From Octopus bimaculoides (Eukaryota), in the NCBI RefSeq assembly GCF_001194135.2, contig NC_068986.1, forward strand, positions 34,947,500 to 34,986,969: a stretch of DNA of 39,470 bases. Reading direction: 5' to 3'. The position numbers and the translations under genes are program-made. The stretch's first letter is position 1. Each line of letters begins with the position of its first letter. Under the pieces are notes generated by a model that saw only the letters and a program-made list of their open reading frames with translations, made no database searches and was not told the DNA's origin. Below, piece after piece: positions 32,629-39,470 of this stretch.

Positions 32629-34539
32629 ATGACTATCGAAGCCTCTTTGGAAGGACAAACGGAAAATCAGCCTAAACAAGATACTATAGTTTGTATGACC
32701 GACACTGGTGCAACAACAGAGACTGATCTGGATGATTCCAAGACTAAATTTATTGCTAATGGCGCTAACGATGATGGCGCTGTTAACGTCCTGATAAAAT
32801 CGCCAGAAGAATTTGGTGGCTTGTCGAAAGAAGAACTTATGAAATTCGCTAATGATCCGTTTTGGATTCGTGCTCGTCTTATTCTTTTTATTATATTCTG
32901 GATTGGATGGGTTTTGATGCTCGTTGTCGCCATTGTAATTATTGTTCTGGCTCCACGCTGTCCATATCGTCCCGACCTGAAATGGTATCAGAAAGATTTA
33001 ATATATGAAATATCTCCTCGCTCCTTCAGTGATTCTAATCACGATGGTGTCGGTGATCTGGAAGGAATTCGAAAGAAAGAGGGATATTTGGAATCCATCC
33101 ATGTTAAAACATTGTGGCTGCACAATATCTTTCAGTCTAAATACAACGATTCTGGCTATGGAATACTTAACCACACCGTTATTAACCCCATGTATGGAAC
33201 TGAAGCAGATTTACTTTCAACAATCAAGAGATTCAGGAAGACTGGCCGTCATATAATCCTTGATTTTATCCTACTCAACACGCACACGGATCATGCATGG
33301 TTTGTTCAAAGCCGTCAGAAGAAAGGAAAAATGAGCGATTATTACATTTGGGCTGATAAAAACTTGGTGAACAACTTACCACCATCGGAGAAAGATGTCT
33401 GGTACTTGGATTCCAAACGGGATCAATATTACTTAGCAGTAACCGACGAAAACTTGCCCAATTTGAATATACAAAACGAAGAAGTAAGAAAAGAACTGAA
33501 ATATTACCTACGCTTTTGGTTCGATCGCGGTGTTGGCGGCTTTCATATCAATGATTTAGAAACTACTTTTAAAGAGATTTCCTTTAACGGATCTTTGGTA
33601 TTCGAACGTCGACAGGTAATAGATTTATTAAAAGAGCTGAGAGTGATCGCAGATGAATTTTCAGATAAACCGGGGCGAGAGAGACTTTTGTTTGGTACAA
33701 TGCCCGTCAATAGTAACGAAACGGTTGAATTCTACGGTGATGAGACTGAAAAGGCCCTTCATTTTATTGGTGTAACTAATCTTGCTGAATCTAACAGCCC
33801 TGCTTCGATTCAAGATGCTATAAATTCTACGAGCCAATACCTCCAAAGCTATTGGAATGGTTGGATTTTGAGTAGCAACAAATTGTCTCGCCCCATGAGC
33901 CGTTTACATTCCTTCGATTACTTAAAATCACTCTTAACTCTTCAGATGCTCTTGCCTGGGACGGCATTCTGCCACTATGGAGACGAAATTGGCATGCGGG
34001 ATGCAAATTTGCTGAATATAACAACCGATGGATTAAACAGCGACCAACCGACTAACAAGTACATAAAATATTACCAATATCGTGCCCCTATGTCATGGTC
34101 CTCGTCTAACGAGGAGTTCAGTGATGTTACGCCATGGTTAATATCACTAAATAACAACAGTGTAGCAGCGCAAACAGCTTACAACAACAAAGACTTATAT
34201 CCTCCTCTGAAGGCCTTCTCTGATCTAAATCTTCTACGAAGCAATTTCTCGTTCCAATGGGGGAAATTTGTGCGGAGTTTCACAAATAAGAATATTATCA
34301 GCTTCCTTCGTATGGCGAAGGGTTTCCCAAGTTTTTTGGTAGTCGTTAATCTCGGCTCACACAAGCATACAATTCATTTCAGTAGTTTTATTGAAGATGT
34401 ATCCTTGGATAATGCCGAAGTTGTGTACCACAGCATACCCGAGCAGCCTAAATTCAAAGTCGGGATGACTATCAACCTTAATACAGCACCTGTTAGCTTA
34501 CATAAGCATGAAGCTATTGTATTCAAGTTTGCGAAATAA
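32629..34539 (+). CDS. SLC3A2: SLC3 family heteromeric amino-acid transporter heavy chain (4F2hc/CD98hc-like, with rBAT-like domain B), 636 aa, single coding exon
   Basis: Uninterrupted ORF; ATG at 32629 in a CACC-ATG Kozak context. The segment GLSKEELMKFANDPFWIRARLILFIIFWIGWVLMLVVAIVIIVLAPRC matches the SLC3A2 N-terminal/TM signature, with Cys111 (32959-32961) at the light-chain disulfide position. GH13-type motifs follow (YEISPRSFSDSNHDGVGDLEG, LPGTAFCHYGDEIGM), plus 8 N-x-S/T sequons in the ectodomain. SLC3 family is secure; A2 versus A1 orthology is less so. Confidence 0.92.
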   Translation: MTIEASLEGQTENQPKQDTIVCMTDTGATTETDLDDSKTKFIANGANDDGAVNVLIKSPEEFGGLSKEELMKFANDPFWIRARLILFIIFWIGWVLMLVVAIVIIVLAPRCPYRPDLKWYQKDLIYEISPRSFSDSNHDGVGDLEGIRKKEGYLESIHVKTLWLHNIFQSKYNDSGYGILNHTVINPMYGTEADLLSTIKRFRKTGRHIILDFILLNTHTDHAWFVQSRQKKGKMSDYYIWADKNLVNNLPPSEKDVWYLDSKRDQYYLAVTDENLPNLNIQNEEVRKELKYYLRFWFDRGVGGFHINDLETTFKEISFNGSLVFERRQVIDLLKELRVIADEFSDKPGRERLLFGTMPVNSNETVEFYGDETEKALHFIGVTNLAESNSPASIQDAINSTSQYLQSYWNGWILSSNKLSRPMSRLHSFDYLKSLLTLQMLLPGTAFCHYGDEIGMRDANLLNITTDGLNSDQPTNKYIKYYQYRAPMSWSSSNEEFSDVTPWLISLNNNSVAAQTAYNNKDLYPPLKAFSDLNLLRSNFSFQWGKFVRSFTNKNIISFLRMAKGFPSFLVVVNLGSHKHTIHFSSFIEDVSLDNAEVVYHSIPEQPKFKVGMTINLNTAPVSLHKHEAIVFKFAK

Positions 34540-34807
34540 GTTCTCTCTAAAGTTACAAGCATTTATCTCTGGCAAACTTCATTAATTATATAGGTATGTT
34601 TCCAAAATTATTTTCAACATGACATTAACATTATTTAAAAGAAGTGTCCCATAATTGATAAAGCAATTGTGTCACCGTCCCAATAAGGGAATAGTTACCT
34701 CCCCCTGTTGTAACTTGCATTTCATGGCATTTAAAAACTCGAACAAAAACCGTAGAACCAAACACGTTAAATGTGCAAATAGACTTAAAGATTGCTTTCG
34801 TGTAACG

Positions 34808-34847
34808 AATAAACAAAAACACAGAAAAGACCCTCGTAACAAATAAA
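34808..34847 (+). terminator. Candidate polyadenylation signals (AATAAA at 34808 and 34842) of the SLC3 gene
   Basis: Two AATAAA hexamers about 270-300 nt after the stop, followed by a T/GT-rich tract (ttttgttgtaatttgttggttttg). Confidence 0.55.
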
Positions 34848-34985
34848 TAGCTTGATCAATGCAAAACATTTTTGTTGTAATTTGTTGGTTTTGCTGAAAT
34901 TTGCATAGTTGGTTGTTTTACATTCCTCATTTAATTACGTTTTCAAGACGTATTTTCCTCTAAACAACTTTGTAATTGTATTTTT

Positions 34986-35159
34986 GGTAAATTTTCAGAT
35001 TAACACCCGCACGATTTTCACTAGGGTGTTGGTTAGAGCTTTAGGGTCAGAGTTACGATTAGGGTTAGGGAATTCCGTCCTTAACCCTAACCCTGACCCT
35101 AAAACCGTAACCCTAATACCCTAGTGAAAATCGTGCGGGTGTTAATCTGAAAATTTACC
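34986..35159. mobile_element. 174-bp foldback MITE with 42-bp perfect TIRs, an 8-bp TSD and telomere-like internal repeats (Merlin-like)
   Basis: TIR GGTAAATTTTCAGATTAACACCCGCACGATTTTCACTAGGGT; TSD GTATTTTT at 34978-34985 and 35160-35167; TTAGGG/CCCTAA variants inside. Confidence 0.88.
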
Positions 35160-36460
35160 GTATTTTTACGTGTGTGTGTTTCTTAACTTTCTAATATAGG
35201 TACAGGGAATTTTCAGAAATTCAAAAAGAAAAAAGAAAAAGAACTTACGTGCTTGATAGAAAATGAAATTTTTCCAAAATAATTTTGAGTTGAAGCCTTA
35301 TTGCTGGTTATATGATGTACTTCGATCAGAACTTCAATCCCTCACACTTTATATATTCGTCGCTATTCAATTTGTTGTACAGTCGTAAAAAGTAACCTCT
35401 GTAGTCATTACAAACTTTGTTAGTGGTCATGCAAACTTGGATTTCCGGAATTAACGAAACGAACCCACGTAGCAGAATTTACCTGTCTCATCAACTATTA
35501 AGAAAGGTCAAAAGTAATCCTGTACTGTAATCCTATAGAGACAGAAGTGTAGAAGTTCCAAATTTGAAATCCTTCATTTCACCCCCCCCCATTTTGGATT
35601 AAGCACCTACAAATTAATACGAACAAAAAGTATTTTAAAGCACTTACATATTCGTTTCGGTATTTCAAGAGAGCCAAGTTATTATTTTTATTTACTTCGT
35701 TACTAGTAGTTTCATTTTTAACAANNNNNNNNNNNNNNNNNNNNNNNNNNNNNNNNNNNNNNNNNNNNNNNNNNNNNNNNNNNNNNNNNNNNNNNNNNNN
35801 NNNNNNNNNNNNNNNNNNNNNNNNNNNNNNNNNNNNNNNNNNNNNNNNNNNNNNNNNNNNNNNNNNNNNNNNNNNNNNNNNNNNNNNNNNNNNNNNNNNN
35901 NNNNNNNNNNNNNNNNNNNNNNNNNNNNNNNNNNNNNNNNNNNNNNNNNNNNNNNNNNNNNNNNNNNNNNNNNNNNNNNNNNNNNNNNNNNNNNNNNNNN
36001 NNNNNNNNNNNNNNNNNNNNNNNNNNNNNNNNNNNNNNNNNNNNNNNNNNNNNNNNNNNNNNNNNNNNNNNNNNNNNNNNNNNNNNNNNNNNNNNNNNNN
36101 NNNNNNNNNNNNNNNNNNNNNNNNNNNNNNNNNNNNNNNNNNNNNNNNNNNNNNNNNNNNNNNNNNNNNNNNNNNNNNNNNNNNNNNNNNNNNNNNNNNN
36201 NNNNNNNNNNNNNNNNNNNNNNNNNNNNNNNNNNNNNNNNNNNNNNNNNNNNNNNNNNNNNNNNNNNNNNNNNNNNNNNNNNNNNNNNNNNNNNNNNNNN
36301 NNNNNNNNNNNNNNNNNNNNNNNNNNNNNNNNNNNNNNNNNNNNNNNNNNNNNNNNNNNNNNNNNNNNNNNNNNNNNNNNNNNNNNNNNNNNNNNNNNNN
36401 NNNNNNNNNNNNNNNNNNNNNNNNNNNNNNNNNNNNNNNNNNNNNNNNNNNNNNNNNNNT

Positions 36461-36900
36461 TCACTTTCAAGAAAAATGGATATTTTTTGGTATAACTACA
36501 GATTCCTGCCCTCACCTTCCGACTTTGGATGGTCATAACTTTCAGAAAAATGGATATTTTTTTAATGAAATTTTCTACGAATATGTGTTATATCATGTAG
36601 ATTCCGAATATATAAAACTTATGGGGGGAAAGTGTTTTAGGAGGGGATGGGGAATTTGGAAAAATTCACCGGCGTCCACTTCATTTCATCTTAACTTCCA
36701 AGAAAATAGATATTTTTTAATGAAATTCTCTACAAATATACCTCGGACTATGCAGATTCCGAGAACATAGGAATTTTTGGGGAAAACAATCCGGGGTTAT
36801 TTTTGGGGGACCGTTCCCCTCTCGGGGGTGTTTCGGATTAAGTCGTCCGTATGTTTCATTTTCTCTGTTTTGTGTATCCGTAGATTTCTACTGCAGCAAC
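36461..36900. mobile_element. Non-autonomous Helitron/DINE-like repeat with internal subrepeats
   Basis: Three copies of 'aactttcagaaaaatggatatttttttaatgaaatt'-like units and two 'gtagattccga' units. Class assignment is from recall only. Confidence 0.35.
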
Positions 36901-37264
36901 AAACGGGCTATGAAGCCCTAACGGTTATGCTAAAAATAACAGCTACCGGTCTGGTACACAGAAATATGTTATTAAGACGACTTATCTGTTGCATACGTTC
37001 TTTTTTTCACTTTAAATTCCCAAGCAAACGTTACTAATAGAAAGACAGAAGCAAAAATAAATAATATACATGCACAGTTAAATATACAAGTGTAAACCAT
37101 AATTTGTTACATAATCTCTATAGTAAACATGATATTGAATGGAATAATTCCCCGTTTGAACTTTTTTAATTACATTGTGTGTGTGTGTGTGAGAGAGAGA
37201 GTAGTAGAAATCTACGGATGCACAAAACGGGGAAAAGGAAACATGGACGACTTGTTCCGAAACA

Positions 37265-37400
37265 CCCTCGAGGTCAACTTTGCTTTTCATCCTTTCGGGG
37301 TTAATAAATCAAGTACCAATTGTGTACTCGGGTCGATCTAATCGACTGCCCCCCCCCCTCCTCCAAAATTTCAGGCCTTGTGCCTGGAGTAGATAAGAAT
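37265..37400 (+). mobile_element. Family-C (Nin-domain-like) SINE 3' part
   Basis: GAGGTCAACTTTGCTTTTCATCCTTTCGGGG...AAGTACC...GGGTCGAT. Confidence 0.75.
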
Positions 37401-37525
37401 ATCAGGACGAGAGGGATTTCAGTTTCCGTCTATTAAATCCACTCACAATGCTTCGGTAGGCCTGGGGCTTTACCTTCCTGGTGAGGCAACTGCCGGAGTA
37501 CTTCTGAATGCATCGAACAATTGAT

Positions 37526-37670
37526 GAACAGGGCCTTGCACTCAATTCAGATGGCTGTGTGAAGCTGCTGGAAGGCCATATATGTGGCAGCAGGATTCAG
37601 CTCCTTGCCCACACCTCTGGAAAGAGTCAGAAGTGGTTGTTAGAGAATTTCTATGACTTCACCAGCCCCA
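37526..37670 (+). mobile_element. maT (DD37D) Tc1/mariner transposase fragment
   Basis: EQGLALNSDGCVKLL / AAGRPYMWQQDSAPC / HTSGKSQKWLLENFYDFTSP (with frameshifts) resembles the QQDSAP second-Asp motif of Bmmar1/maT-type transposases. Confidence 0.7.
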
Positions 37671-38376
37671 TGTAGATACATGGATACCAGGTGCCACACA
37701 ATGGGACTGTACCTAGAATCTTGTGACTAGGAAGTTGACATCTTACCACGCAACCATAACTGTGCCTATGTATATATTATATATATAGATATATGAAAAA
37801 TACCATAAACTTGGTCAAAAAAAAAAAAAAAGCAAACACTCCGGCAGGAGATAGCCAAAATTAGTTGGAAACAGGTAAGCTTGGTCTGCCCTCGTCCTCA
37901 GTTGCTAGGGAGCAGAAAAAGGGGGTTAAAATATTCGTTTCTGACCCGATTATGAAACCAGACCTAGCAATACGAAACTTGAAACCAGCCTGTTTTCCAT
38001 GAGGCGAAGTGCGCAAAGCTCAAAACTGCATTTCCAGGTAGCAAAGTGCATCTCTCCACGTGCATTTCAGTCCCGTTATCATGTGGATTATGAAAGGGAG
38101 AATCGGCGCACCCTCTATTACGCCATGATCAGTCTAAATCACGGCGCGTACCCCATGATTTCTGTTGTCTTGAGAGCCAGAGATGATATGAAGCTCTTTC
38201 AGCAACGCTACATACTAACCTCTCTAGTGCCTTTGCTTTAGAGCGACGCGCACCAAGTTGGTATAACGAAGGAAGGAGGGCATGCGATGCGAAACCTCTA
38301 CAGCCCATAATAACCTGGTGTAGAACTCAATATACATATGCTTCAAGACTAAGCATAAGTTGAGTATAGAATGGTA

Positions 38377-38605
38377 ATAAGAAAATGAGATGACAAAGGA
38401 ATAAATAATTATCTCATGACCTTCATTAGCTTAGAGCTGTTTCTGTTATAAGATGCAGTGGACTCATATTTGAAACTCCAATGAAGCTATAAGGTATTAC
38501 TCAGGTACTCAACTATGAGCTCAATGTATCTTACAGCAGAGACAGCTGTAAGCTAATGGAATTCATAAGACAATCATTTATTGCTTTGTCATCTCATTTT
38601 CTTAT
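38377..38605. mobile_element. 229-bp foldback MITE (97-bp arms)
   Basis: 38377-38473 and 38509-38605 are reverse complements with about 16 mismatches; TA at both termini. Confidence 0.8.
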
Positions 38606-38614
38606 ATGTATGTA

Positions 38615-39075
38615 TCATCATCATCATCATCATCGTTTAACGTCCGCTTTCCATGCTAGCATGGGTTGGACGGTTTGACTGAGGACTGGTGGACCAGGTG
38701 ACTACACCAGGCTCCAATCTGATTTGGCACAGTTTCAACAGTTGGATGCCCTTCCTAACGCCAACCACTCCGAGAGTGTAGTGGGTGCTTTTACGTGCCA
38801 CCAGCACAAAGGCCATTCTGGAGGTACTGGCAAAGGCCACGCTCGAAATGGTGTATTTCACGTGCCACCTGCACTGGCAACGATCTCTCTAATGTCTTTT
38901 CACGTGCCACTGGCACAAGGGCCAGGAAGGCGACGCTGGTAACGATCACGCTCAAATGGTGCTATTTACGTGCAACCAGCACGGAAACCAGACAGCTGGT
39001 GCTCTGGCAACGATCACGCTCGGACGGTGCTCTTAGTACTCCACTGGTACAGATGCCATCACGATTTCGATGATG
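38615..39075 (-). mobile_element. Family-B SINE with an expanded array of 4-5 internal units
   Basis: Standard 3' module plus repeated 'tt(t/c)acgtgcca...ggcaacgatc(a/t)cgctc' units. Confidence 0.85.
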
Positions 39076-39470
39076 TATACATGATCATAAATGTGTTAAA
39101 CATGAAATTCAAAATAGGAGACAAGGCAGTGTTTCATGTTTTATCATTGTTTGTTGTCTTTTAGAATGAAGATAAACAAGCAAGTACTTGTGTTATTAAG
39201 TTTAATTTATTTATATTTTATAGGTTAAAATACATAAACGCTTTTTAAAATTTGCATTTTAAAAATTTATGTAGAAGATGTGACAACACATATTATTTTT
39301 TTCTATCAGTATTTCTTCTCCATATTTGGTATGTTTCCCTTGTTATCCCTGTGTTTCCCCGGGTATAGTTTTGCAGTGTAGAATGCATAGAGCACTTCTA
39401 TGTAATCGTCATCTGTCCACCGTTCTCTTTTGGCCTTGATTTTTGCTTGGGCAGTAACATTAGGTGGGGG

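Noticed and set aside
32629-34539. Bacterial alpha-glucosidase contaminant or recent HGT (intronless GH13 ORF)
   Set aside because: It has the metazoan SLC3A2 N-terminal/TM signature and linker Cys, lacks the catalytic residues, and is contiguous with host-type repeats.
35030-35125. True or interstitial telomere
   Set aside because: Only a few degenerate hexamers, in both orientations, enclosed by TIRs and a TSD, so part of a MITE.
38790-39060. CRISPR-like or regularly spaced repeat array
   Set aside because: The units are diverged, variable-length internal repeats of a SINE, without constant repeats and unique spacers; the context is eukaryotic.

Overview
Repeat-rich, AT-rich animal genomic DNA with six N-gaps. 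The SINE families and dense (TA)n/(CA)n microsatellites point to a coleoid cephalopod, most likely Octopus (inference from recalled repeat families). The only confidently identifiable gene is a single-exon SLC3 heavy chain (4F2hc/CD98hc-like) CDS at 32629-34539 (+). It has a 4F2hc-type N-terminus/TM helix with the light-chain-linking Cys, a catalytically dead GH13 ectodomain that keeps an rBAT-like domain B, and an exact ATF4-type CARE/AARE motif just upstream. A CpG-rich promoter with two near-perfect CLEAR/E-boxes at ~25.9 kb appears to drive an unidentified minus-strand gene. Its CpG-poor, SINE-packed body would run towards a SINE-free putative 3' UTR at 1-2.5 kb, and I could find only candidate microexons for it. 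The rest is TE debris: about 20 copies of a tRNA/CORE-like SINE, RTE-tail/Ceph-like SINEs, Nin-like SINEs, RTE LINE, Helitron and maT transposase fragments, and several MITEs, including a 174-bp foldback with an 8-bp TSD and internal telomere-like repeats. No CRISPR, rRNA or true tRNA genes were seen. Nearly all ORFs in the supplied track are SINE, microsatellite or gap artefacts. I found no clearly novel biological system; the findings are hypotheses ranked by interest.
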